DNA of 64,000 nt. Source: Bacteroidota bacterium (lineage in GTDB: Bacteria > Bacteroidota > Bacteroidia > UKL13-3). The notes below the pieces were generated by a model, which was not told the origin of the DNA, did not search any database, and was given only the letters and a program-made list of their open reading frames with translations. A program made the position numbers and the translations under genes. Positions 9,658 through 18,051 of this stretch are shown in pieces. Position 1 is the stretch's first letter; the number at the start of each line of letters is the position of its first letter. The stretch spans positions 3,263 to 67,262 of the forward strand of contig JAZKBU010000007.1 of the NCBI GenBank assembly GCA_040388375.1. Direction: 5' to 3'.

Positions 9658-10788
9658 ATGAAACAACTTATTACCTTACTTGCTATAGCTATATATTCAT
9701 TAAACTTACACGCACAAACCGACAGATTATTAGGTTGCAGGGCAGAGGGGAGTGGAGCCATATTCAGCTCGTTAAACAATGCCAATACCGCCTTTGCCGA
9801 TATTGATACCATACCCAATATGAAGCTGAGTAGTTCAGGCGAAAGTGCTTTTGATGTAAACAATAACCGCTACTTTATTAAAACCAGTTTAGGCATTACC
9901 ATTATGCATTCCGAAACAGGTGCACTGGTAGATACCATTAGTGCAGGAAGCGTTATAAAAGGCATAGAGTTTGACTTAAACACCAATAAAATAGTAGGAT
10001 ATAAAAAAGTAGGCAATGCACAAATATTTACGGCATTAAACTTAACAAGCAGAAGCATTACCACTATTGATACCTTATATGGTGTAAATGTAATAACACC
10101 CGGTGAAAGCACTTTTGACCTTAGTGGCAGCCGCTATTTTACCATAACAAACTTAGGAATAACCATTATAAACGCACAAACAGGAGCCATTATAGAAAGC
10201 ATTGGCAATACAGCCGATATCAATAATTTAGAATATGACTCCGTTGGAAACAGGTTGTTAGGCGTACGCTGGGATGGAGATGTAGAAATACTGACAGCTT
10301 TAAACCTTACCGATAAAACATTTACCGATATAGATACACTGCCCAATGTAAATGCCATTATACAAGGTGAAAGTACTTTTGACAGAAGCAATGGACATTA
10401 TATTATTAAAACCAATTTAGGTATTACCATTATAAATGCCCAAACAGGAGCCATTACCAATCAACCCAACAATTTAGGCGCATTAAAAGGTTTAGAATAT
10501 ATTAATAAATCAATTGCAGTTGGTATACCAAACATAGCAGTTGAAAATACAGTGAATGTTTTCCCTAACCCGTTTAATACCTATACTACCGTTCAGTTAA
10601 ATATACCTGCCAAGCAAGTAACGCTGGCTGTTTACAATGTAAACGGACAACAGGTAAATACCACACATGAAGCATTTGGTAATAGCTTAATTATAAATAA
10701 AGCCGACTTACCTGCCGGCATTTATTTTATGCACTTACTACAAAACGATACAAACAATATAGTAAAAAAACTAATCATAACCGATTGA
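9658..10788 (+). CDS. Secreted repeat protein with C-terminal T9SS sorting domain
   Basis: True start is probably the internal ATG at 9658, which gives the signal peptide MKQLITLLAIAIYSLNLHAQ. At least three internal repeats of about 80 aa (ESxFDxSxxRYF..TxLGITII.AQTGAI....). C-terminus 'VFPNPFNTYTTVQLN...GIYFMHLLQNDTNNIVKKLIITD' is a Por secretion tail. Confidence 0.7.
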   Translation: MKQLITLLAIAIYSLNLHAQTDRLLGCRAEGSGAIFSSLNNANTAFADIDTIPNMKLSSSGESAFDVNNNRYFIKTSLGITIMHSETGALVDTISAGSVIKGIEFDLNTNKIVGYKKVGNAQIFTALNLTSRSITTIDTLYGVNVITPGESTFDLSGSRYFTITNLGITIINAQTGAIIESIGNTADINNLEYDSVGNRLLGVRWDGDVEILTALNLTDKTFTDIDTLPNVNAIIQGESTFDRSNGHYIIKTNLGITIINAQTGAITNQPNNLGALKGLEYINKSIAVGIPNIAVENTVNVFPNPFNTYTTVQLNIPAKQVTLAVYNVNGQQVNTTHEAFGNSLIINKADLPAGIYFMHLLQNDTNNIVKKLIITD

Positions 10789-10810
10789 TAAAAGGATAAA
10801 TACTGATACC

Positions 10811-10898
10811 AAAAGAGTGTTTTCCCTATTTTGTAGAGTAGTTATTACCCTATGAAAAAAGAGTAGTTTTCCTATGCACATAGGGTGTTTTCCCTATT
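10811..10898 (+). repeat. Three copies of the box AAAAGAGTGTTTTCC(C)TAT, plus the palindrome CCTATGCACATAGG, in the upstream region of the 11057 gene
   Basis: Read directly: 10811-10830 aaaagagtgttttccctatt, 10855-10876 aaaaaagagtagttttcctatg, 10881-10898 tagggtgttttccctatt. A fourth copy lies at 24353-24376. Confidence 0.5.
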
Positions 10899-11056
10899 GT
10901 TGTTGACACAAACATTCCGCAAACTTGTACTCCAAAAAATAACTGATTGCACTTATACAAAGTGTAGGCATATTATATTTTGTAAGTATTAACAGTTACG
11001 GACGAAGCTGAAAATCCGCTAGAGAGTAAGCAAAGCAACAACAACAATACATACTC

Positions 11057-12688
11057 ATGTCAACTTTTCAATTTATGCCTCCTGCTAACATACAGGATTT
11101 TGCAAACGATGCAAGCAACCAAGCAGCGTTAATTAGTTTATGGAATAACAACATCAATGGATTTATTCAACAAGGTATGATGGGCAATCCGTGGAATGCC
11201 ACCAATGCACCCGTACCTACTAATTATTTTAATCCGCTTGTAAATAATCCGGATGGGCAAATAATGCAAGCTATTCCTTGGCCTGCTTTTCCGGGTAGGT
11301 TGGCTTATAACTACCCAACACTTACGCAGGTTGAGTTGTTTGCTTTAGCCGATACAGGTTTGGCACCTGCTGATATTAATAACAACCCATGCAATACAGC
11401 TACAGGTAATAACGTTCCTTATTTTCCGTATGGTCCGCGTGGTTGGCAGGATGAGTATTGTGAGTGGGCTGTTACCCGTAACAGCGAAGGTAAAATTACC
11501 CGTATTGATTTTACTTGCGAGAACCCCGAATATTATAATTCAGTTTGGTTAATCAGCCCACAAAAAGTATTAGAGCTATACCAAAACACATTAAACAAAC
11601 CACAAATAGTATTGAACGATTTATGCGTATTAGATAGCGAAAACAATCCGGTTATCAATCCGTCAACAGGGCAGCCATTATACAATCCATTAAACAAATG
11701 GAATATAGGTTCCAACTCAACCGCTAAAACAGGTGGTGCTATGCACTTAACCAGTACACCCAATACCATACAAACCGAAATAGGTTTGGCTTGCGCTTCG
11801 TCAGTACAACGCAATGGTACCTTTACCGATAACAATGCATTGCTTTGTTGCGGGCAATACGGGCAACCACACAGAAACAGCGACCCGACTATAGGCGCCC
11901 AGGTAAATGCTTTTGTAGGCGAGGGTTACTCTGTAACATTGGCCAATCCTCCAGGCTTATATATACAAACACCTGATTTCTCCAGTTACGTGGCGCCTGA
12001 TAATGCAGACTGCTCGGAGTTTTGGACTATAGTACGTGGAGCAGCATCAATGGACGGTATGCCCGGTAATTTTATATTACATGCCGTTTTTGAAGTACCC
12101 TCATCAAAACCATACGTAGTAGGCGATATATTAATTGGCAAGCAAAAAATCAGTTGGGGCTCACAAGTTACCAATACCTTTTTTATGCATATAGTAGCAG
12201 CCGCTTACAGCTCCTCAACACCCCAAAGCTACTCCTGTGTAGGCACACCAACCCCTGACCGAACCTTTGCGCAACCCCTGCAGTTGTTTTACGAAACAGT
12301 ATACAATGCCATGTATCCTTCACCGGTACCTAACCCCGTAAGGCATCCAATAGCCTTGTTAAGTAACAGCACCTATATAGCACCATTTATTAACCAGGGT
12401 ACTACCGCCAATATGGTTATTACGGCAGATACCTGCACCGCAGTAGCCGGCAATGCATCAACCTACCCAACAATTACTTTTGACGGAACAGGTATAACAG
12501 CAACCGTAAACAGTGTAGCGCCTGTTACCTATGCGGTACCCGGTAATTCACAACCCAGTACCTATACCGCTTTGTTTGTTACCGTAACCGTTGCTGCCAA
12601 TGCTACCCAAGGATACAGAAGTTTAAGCGTAGCCAATGTGGGGCAATCCAACCCAATTGCTATGCCAGCTCTGTTAAATGTATTGTAA
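11057..12688 (+). CDS. Hypothetical protein, 543 aa, Asn/Pro/Thr-rich, no signal peptide
   Basis: Long ORF with a clean start, and the same amino-acid composition and 15-bp spacing as the downstream partner. No motif I can assign. Confidence 0.6.
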   Translation: MSTFQFMPPANIQDFANDASNQAALISLWNNNINGFIQQGMMGNPWNATNAPVPTNYFNPLVNNPDGQIMQAIPWPAFPGRLAYNYPTLTQVELFALADTGLAPADINNNPCNTATGNNVPYFPYGPRGWQDEYCEWAVTRNSEGKITRIDFTCENPEYYNSVWLISPQKVLELYQNTLNKPQIVLNDLCVLDSENNPVINPSTGQPLYNPLNKWNIGSNSTAKTGGAMHLTSTPNTIQTEIGLACASSVQRNGTFTDNNALLCCGQYGQPHRNSDPTIGAQVNAFVGEGYSVTLANPPGLYIQTPDFSSYVAPDNADCSEFWTIVRGAASMDGMPGNFILHAVFEVPSSKPYVVGDILIGKQKISWGSQVTNTFFMHIVAAAYSSSTPQSYSCVGTPTPDRTFAQPLQLFYETVYNAMYPSPVPNPVRHPIALLSNSTYIAPFINQGTTANMVITADTCTAVAGNASTYPTITFDGTGITATVNSVAPVTYAVPGNSQPSTYTALFVTVTVAANATQGYRSLSVANVGQSNPIAMPALLNVL

Positions 12689-12702
12689 TCTATTTACAGC
12701 CT

Positions 12703-14238
12703 ATGAAACAAATAAAATTACCCCTGTCAAAACAGCACATTGGTTTAGTTGGCATGTTAACTATATGTATTGGTTTTTGGGCCTTTACCGGGATAGAAAA
12801 AAATGAAAATAGCCAGCCTAACAATTACGATAGTTGTGCGTGCTTTTCGCCCAATAACCAACTATCCAAACTAACCGTATATTTTAACAACCAAGTACCC
12901 GGTGATACCAAGCGGCCATTTACCAATCAGTCGCAAGCCGACTGTTTTGCATGGTCAGAGTTTATAAGCGTAAACTGGCCAACCAAAGGAAACTATTTTG
13001 GCGACCCGAACGATTTTTCACCCGTTGCCTGGGAAACTTATATGCCCCGAAACGTATTGTTTCAGGCCAATGGAAATCCGCCTCCCGCATGGGGTACACT
13101 CGTATCAAACGAGTTTGCAGCCAAGTTTAAAACAGAAAAATTAATATATAATAAATCAACAACCAAAGTGCTTACCTTTTTAGGTACAGGTGTCGATACT
13201 ACTATTGACCTTGTTTTTGGCGACCCGAATCAGGCAGCACCTTTCGGGCATCCCAGTTGGTTAGGTGCACAAAACGGAGTGAACCTGTGGTACGAAATAT
13301 TATTGAATAAAGACTATTATGATTTTGTAGTAAAAACAGGCTATTACAATGCCAAAACACAACACGACTCCGCCAAAGCAGGCATCCCTCTAAACTTTCC
13401 ACAAGGCGTTTATAACGGACAAGTAGGAGCCATTGAAATAAAAGCGGCTTGGATGGAACTAACCGATACCATTTCAGCACACTGGAACCGTTATAAAAAA
13501 TCAAAGGCTTATGTGTTAGACCCCGGTACCCGTAAAATGAGACAAGCCACTGTTGCTTTGGTAGGTATGCACATACTGCATAAAACAACCACTCAACCCA
13601 CATGGGTATGGGCTACGTTTGAGCAAATAGACAATGTGCCCGATAAAACAAGACCAGCACCACCTTATGGTTACAACTTTTACAACAGCAATTGCAAAGC
13701 ACAACAATTAAATGTTCCTGCTTCCGCATTGGGATACGACTCATTGACTTCACCAGTAACCATTCCCTGCAATGCCAATATACCGCCACCTTATTATTTA
13801 AAAGCAGGCATGAAATCCGTGCCTTTACAATTAGAACGTACCAATATAATTAATACCACCAATGCGCAACCAATTAATACCAATATGCGCGATACCATTA
13901 AAAAGTATTACCCAAAATCAGTATGGCAATACTACGAATTGGTAGATGTAATATGGTCGCAGCAGGTACAGCCTAACCCAACAAAACCTATTAATGTACC
14001 CAGAAATTTAAATCCCGGTTATATGAATCCCTTAACCATTGTGGCCAATACCACCATGGAAAGTTATGTGCAAGGTACCAATACCTGTACCAGTTGTCAT
14101 ATATACGGAACCATAGCCGACTACCCGCCAGACTCCGTAAACAATACCATTTTCGGTGATTTTAGCTTTGCCATAGGCGATGCTAAATACCCAAAACCTT
14201 TACAGACAAAATGGAAAACAAGTAAAGGCAAACACTAA
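12703..14238 (+). CDS. Hypothetical membrane-anchored protein, 511 aa, with a single C-terminal CXXCH (possible mono-haem c site)
   Basis: N-terminal TM or signal anchor (IGLVGMLTICIGFWAFTG). 'CTSCH' motif near the C-terminus. Starts 15 bp after the 11057 gene, so probably co-transcribed. Confidence 0.6.
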   Translation: MKQIKLPLSKQHIGLVGMLTICIGFWAFTGIEKNENSQPNNYDSCACFSPNNQLSKLTVYFNNQVPGDTKRPFTNQSQADCFAWSEFISVNWPTKGNYFGDPNDFSPVAWETYMPRNVLFQANGNPPPAWGTLVSNEFAAKFKTEKLIYNKSTTKVLTFLGTGVDTTIDLVFGDPNQAAPFGHPSWLGAQNGVNLWYEILLNKDYYDFVVKTGYYNAKTQHDSAKAGIPLNFPQGVYNGQVGAIEIKAAWMELTDTISAHWNRYKKSKAYVLDPGTRKMRQATVALVGMHILHKTTTQPTWVWATFEQIDNVPDKTRPAPPYGYNFYNSNCKAQQLNVPASALGYDSLTSPVTIPCNANIPPPYYLKAGMKSVPLQLERTNIINTTNAQPINTNMRDTIKKYYPKSVWQYYELVDVIWSQQVQPNPTKPINVPRNLNPGYMNPLTIVANTTMESYVQGTNTCTSCHIYGTIADYPPDSVNNTIFGDFSFAIGDAKYPKPLQTKWKTSKGKH

Positions 14239-14275
14239 CTAAGAAACAACCTCTAAACAATCATTCATATATAAT

Positions 14276-14308
14276 CCGTAGCCATTAACTATGTGGCTAC
14301 GGGTTTTG
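14276..14308 (+). terminator. Rho-independent terminator hairpin after the 12703-14238 gene
   Basis: ccgtagcca-ttaactatg-tggctacgg: perfect 9-bp stem followed by gtttt. Confidence 0.5.
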
Positions 14309-14332
14309 AATGATAAATAATTTATCAAAGCT

Positions 14333-14362
14333 AGCACACGCTATAAGCGTGTGCTATTCTTT
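14333..14362 (+). terminator. Perfect 10-bp palindrome AGCACACGCT-ATA-AGCGTGTGCT followed by ATTCTTTT (terminator-like, or an operator)
   Basis: Read directly. A degenerate copy with the same downstream 'GTGTGCTATTCTTTAA' lies at 14578-14610. Confidence 0.4.
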
Positions 14363-14374
14363 TAAATATTTTAG

Positions 14375-14610
14375 TAAATTTAAACACCTAATACAAAAAG
14401 GATGCGAGCGCAGGCCAGACAAAAAAGCGGGCCGCGCATCAAGCCTGTGGGGAGAAGCATTTTTTTGTCTAGCGTTTTTGGATACTTTTTTGGCAATGCA
14501 AAAAGTATCGAAGCAAAAAAAGAGAAGAACATTTATTGCAGGCGGGGACGCCTGCAATGGCTATATAAGATATCTGTGCTAACACACACCTATAGCGTGT
14601 GCTATTCTTT
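14375..14610 (+). ncRNA. Candidate structured RNA: a GC-rich intergenic block bounded by two terminator-like hairpins, containing copy 1 of the 88-nt two-hairpin element
   Basis: Local GC is far above the window average (gcgagcgcaggccagac...gcgggccgcgc...gcggggacgcctgc). Several self-complementary stretches. The small ORFs in the track here overlap on both strands. A -7-like TAAATTTA sequence lies just after the first hairpin. Confidence 0.25.
14475..14561 (+). repeat. 88-nt conserved element, copy 1. Hairpin 1 is gatacttttt/aaaaagtatc; hairpin 2 is ttgcaggcg-GGGA-cgcctgcaa
   Basis: About 85% identical by eye to 24156-24242 in the same orientation. In copy 2 the stem changes that are present keep pairing possible. 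Confidence 0.6.
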
Positions 14611-14646
14611 AATTATTGTAATATTACATTTTAAACAACCTTTAAA

Positions 14647-15066
14647 ATGACAATAGCAAAATACCTTTGGGAGCTGGGCTCCCTCATCATTCTTTTATTG
14701 GGAAGCATTCATTTATACTATACCTTTTTTAGCGATAAATTTTTAACAAGAGATAAAAGCCTGAAGCCTGCGATGGAAAAAAGCAGCCCGGTATTAACCA
14801 AAGAAACCAACATGTGGAAAGCATGGATAGGCTTTAATGCCAGCCATAGCAGCGGTGCTATGTTTATTGGTATAGTTAATATGTATTTAGCTTGGCAATA
14901 CTTTCCCGTATTACAATCAGCCTATTTCTTTTTTATATTCAATATTATAACCATTGCCTTTTATGTATGGTTAGCTAAAAAATATTGGTTTAAAGTACCT
15001 TTTATAGGTGTAAGTATTACTTTAATTTGTTTTATTGTATCGTTTATTTTAGTACTGGCTAGTTAA
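14647..15066 (+). CDS. Small integral membrane protein (four predicted TM helices)
   Basis: Hydrophobic segments throughout. Followed 11 bp later by the methyltransferase gene. Confidence 0.55.
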   Translation: MTIAKYLWELGSLIILLLGSIHLYYTFFSDKFLTRDKSLKPAMEKSSPVLTKETNMWKAWIGFNASHSSGAMFIGIVNMYLAWQYFPVLQSAYFFFIFNIITIAFYVWLAKKYWFKVPFIGVSITLICFIVSFILVLAS

Positions 15067-15077
15067 ATATTTATACA

Positions 15078-15710
15078 ATGGACGACCGTAATCAAACAAC
15101 CATAGAAACCTGGGATAAGCTGGCTGCTGCTTATGAGGAAAAATTCATGGATTTAGATTTATACAACGATACGTATGATACCTTTTGCCAATTGATTGAA
15201 AAGCAAGCAGCACATATATTAGAGATTGGATGCGGGCCGGGAAACATTACCAAATACTTGTTAGCGCAAAGACCTGATTTTAATATAGATGCTACCGATG
15301 CAGCGCCAAATATGGTGAAAGCAGCACAGGAAAATAATCCAACGGCATATTGTACATTAATGGATTGCCACGATATAGATACTTTAACCACCAAGTACGA
15401 TGCAGTGATGTGTGGCTTTTGCATGCCCTATTTATCCAAGGACGATTGCCGGAAATTGATAAAGGATAGTGCTTATGTGTTGAACAGTGGTGGTATATTG
15501 TACTTCAGTACCATTGAAGATGAGTATAACAAATCGGGCTACGAAACCAGTAGCAATGGAGAACATACTATATTTGTTTACTACCACGAAGCAGGTTATT
15601 TAAAAGACTATTTACAGGAAAACAATTTTGAGCTGTTGACTATAGAGCGTAAAGATTATCCGCAGGCAGCACACCCCACTCATATTATTTTTATAGCTCG
15701 CAAAAAGTAA
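15078..15710 (+). CDS. Class I SAM-dependent methyltransferase
   Basis: Motif I 'ILEIGCGPGNITKYL', with an acidic residue in the position expected for motif II. Confidence 0.8.
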   Translation: MDDRNQTTIETWDKLAAAYEEKFMDLDLYNDTYDTFCQLIEKQAAHILEIGCGPGNITKYLLAQRPDFNIDATDAAPNMVKAAQENNPTAYCTLMDCHDIDTLTTKYDAVMCGFCMPYLSKDDCRKLIKDSAYVLNSGGILYFSTIEDEYNKSGYETSSNGEHTIFVYYHEAGYLKDYLQENNFELLTIERKDYPQAAHPTHIIFIARKK

Positions 15711-15835
15711 AGAATTAATTTAACTACATATGATAGTTGCAGCATCAACTATTTTTTTTATTTTTACAAAACCCAACATTGTTTAATATAATTACGTACC
15801 CTTAAAAAAACAACTAATAACTAAAACTAACAACT

Positions 15836-17452
15836 ATGAAAAAATTAATCTACTTATTTCTTGGCGTATTTGCCTTATTGTATAACACCCAACTGAAGGC
15901 CAGCCATGTGGTAGGGTCCGACATGAGCTATACCTGTACCACAACACCCAATGTGTATAAGGTTACCTTAAAAATATACAGGGACTGTAGTGGTATTAAT
16001 TTATGCAAAAATTGTGGCGATAATCCTGTTCCTACAGGTAATACAAATGGTTGTAATACCAGCAACGCAGGTTTTTCAACAAATATTATTGGCATGAGTG
16101 GTACGTGTGCAGGAGTTAATTTTGGTAGTTACACATTAGATGCACTTACAACAAATAATGGTTATGATATTATACAAACATGCAACAATACAAAAACAGT
16201 TTGTACCAATTGTAATACCAGAACAGCAGGTACTTTTAGCCCCGGCATTGAAGTATATATATTTGAGGGTTTAGTTGATCTATCAAGTGTGCCTGCATCT
16301 TGTTGCGTAGTAGGCTTAGAACTAAGCCTTTGTTGCCGCAACACTGCATTAACAACTATGGAACCCGGTAATTTTTATACCAACGCCCAAATAAACAGGT
16401 GTGTGAGTGTTTGTAATTCAGCACCCACATTCTCTAACGAGGCTGTAATTATGGCTTGTGTGGGAGTAGACTATGAATATAATTTAGGAGCTATGGATCC
16501 TGATGGCGATTCATTGAGTTATAATTTAGGAGCTTCGCTTGCAACAGCCGGAGCTAATGTAAATTATATTGCACCTTATTCTCCGGCTTATCCTTTTCCT
16601 TATTTTGGTGCACCCAATGCCAATGCTCCTTTACCGGCCGGCTTACATATAGACCCCAATGCAGGCAATTTGTTTTTCAGGCCTACTGGTGTTTTTGTAG
16701 CTAATTTGGTTATAGAGGTTAAACAATGGCGTAATATAGCAGGTACTATGACTCAAGTAGGTTTAACCAGACGCGATGTGCAATTACAAAGCGTTATGTG
16801 TAATCCAAACCTAGCCCCTAAAATAAAAATATACCAAAATGGCGTACTACAAAGCAACAACCAGTTTTCAGTAAGACCCAATCAACAGATTTGTTTAGAT
16901 ATAGTAGCCGAAGACCAAGAAAACAGTTCAATACCAGCCGATACTACTATACTAACATGGAACAATCCTGGTTTGTATGTACCTGCTATGGCCAATGCTA
17001 CCTTTACCAGTAATTACATAGCGAGTTTACGTAGTATAAACGGTCCCAAAGCCGATAGCTTTAAATTTTGCTGGACACCTCCTACAACAGCCGTTAGACC
17101 ACAACCTTATTTGTTTTCAGTAACCGGTAACGATAATTTTTGCCCCTTTAAATCTTTAAGTATAAAAGGGATTAATATTAAAGTGGAGAATCCATTAGGA
17201 GTGAAAGCTATAGCTGCTGAAAACGATTTAATGGTATATCCCAATCCAAGCCAATCATGGGTTACGCTTACACATAAAACCAATTTAGCAGGTAAAAAGT
17301 ATGTGGTTTTAAGTGTAGACGGACAGCAGGTATTAAATGGAAAAATGAATGCTTTTGAAACCATGATTAATGTAGAGTCATTAGCCAATGGTGTTTACCT
17401 GATAGAAATTGAAGGAGCCAATACTAAAGGTTTGAAACTAATAAAAAACTAA
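15836..17452 (+). CDS. Cys-rich secreted protein with C-terminal T9SS sorting domain
   Basis: Signal peptide MKKLIYLFLGVFALLYNTQLKA. Many Cys in the N-terminal half. C-terminus 'MVYPNPSQSWVTLTH...NGVYLIEIEGANTKGLKLIKN' has the Por tail pattern. Confidence 0.75.
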   Translation: MKKLIYLFLGVFALLYNTQLKASHVVGSDMSYTCTTTPNVYKVTLKIYRDCSGINLCKNCGDNPVPTGNTNGCNTSNAGFSTNIIGMSGTCAGVNFGSYTLDALTTNNGYDIIQTCNNTKTVCTNCNTRTAGTFSPGIEVYIFEGLVDLSSVPASCCVVGLELSLCCRNTALTTMEPGNFYTNAQINRCVSVCNSAPTFSNEAVIMACVGVDYEYNLGAMDPDGDSLSYNLGASLATAGANVNYIAPYSPAYPFPYFGAPNANAPLPAGLHIDPNAGNLFFRPTGVFVANLVIEVKQWRNIAGTMTQVGLTRRDVQLQSVMCNPNLAPKIKIYQNGVLQSNNQFSVRPNQQICLDIVAEDQENSSIPADTTILTWNNPGLYVPAMANATFTSNYIASLRSINGPKADSFKFCWTPPTTAVRPQPYLFSVTGNDNFCPFKSLSIKGINIKVENPLGVKAIAAENDLMVYPNPSQSWVTLTHKTNLAGKKYVVLSVDGQQVLNGKMNAFETMINVESLANGVYLIEIEGANTKGLKLIKN

Positions 17453-17484
17453 GTTGAATACGAGCCATACGGATGGCTTTTGTA

Positions 17485-17528
17485 AAAAGACCTCAGTACT
17501 TATCTGTTTGTACTGAGGTCTTTTTTTA
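17485..17528. terminator. Bidirectional rho-independent terminator between convergent genes
   Basis: gacctcagta-[11-nt loop]-tactgaggtc: perfect 10-bp stem, with A-run 5' and T7 3'. Confidence 0.7.
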
Positions 17529-17903
17529 TTATTTGCTTACCTCACCGGTAGCAGGTGCCAAAAACATGGCTTTGTTGCTTAAGAATACCGATACCCATAA
17601 TAAAGTTAAAAAGGCAGCAGCCATAGGAGGGTGTCCACTGGCTAACTCTATTGATAAAGCGCCACCCAAGTAACAACATAACAATAAAAAACCAATGCGG
17701 CTTGTTTTGGGGTAAACGAAAAGCGCTACCGCTAGTATTTCTATAATACCCAATAATGTAATGTAGCTACCCAATCCAATTTTGCCTAAACTGTCTACTA
17801 TTTGCGGTGATGCCATCAGCTTCATTACCCCGCTCATTACTAACATTAATGAAGGAATAGCCATAAGTACTATAGCAATAATACGTGTTGTTTTGTTTGT
17901 CAT
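17529..17903 (-). CDS. DoxX family membrane protein
   Basis: Likely start is the internal ATG at 17903 (MTNKTTRIIAIVLMAIPSL...). Four TM helices, about 125 aa, typical DoxX size. Divergent from the HxlR regulator. Confidence 0.65.
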   Translation of the reverse strand: MTNKTTRIIAIVLMAIPSLMLVMSGVMKLMASPQIVDSLGKIGLGSYITLLGIIEILAVALFVYPKTSRIGFLLLCCYLGGALSIELASGHPPMAAAFLTLLWVSVFLSNKAMFLAPATGEVSK

Positions 17904-17970
17904 ATTTGTTTTGTTTTTAAATTGTTTTGTAATGCGGGCAAATGTATATACGTTTGCTATATAAAAGTAA

Positions 17971-18010
17971 GTACTATACAATAGTATAGCACTATACAAA
18001 AGTATAGTAC
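17971..18010. promoter_or_regulatory. Nested palindromes in the DoxX/HxlR divergent promoter region (candidate HxlR operator)
   Basis: The outer arms gtactatac and gtatagtac are reverse complements. Inner palindromes are tatacaatagtata and ctatacaaaagtatag. Confidence 0.4.
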
Positions 18011-18051
18011 TTGCATACCACAAAAGCTAAACGTAAAATTGACAAGAAATT

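Noticed and set aside
14310-14650. ORFs 14310-14582(+), 14354-14557(-) and 14402-14650(+) as small proteins
   Set aside because: They overlap one another on both strands inside a GC-rich, hairpin-rich block. The translations are Arg/Lys-rich low complexity, as expected from GC-rich non-coding RNA. Better interpreted as a structured RNA or repeat.
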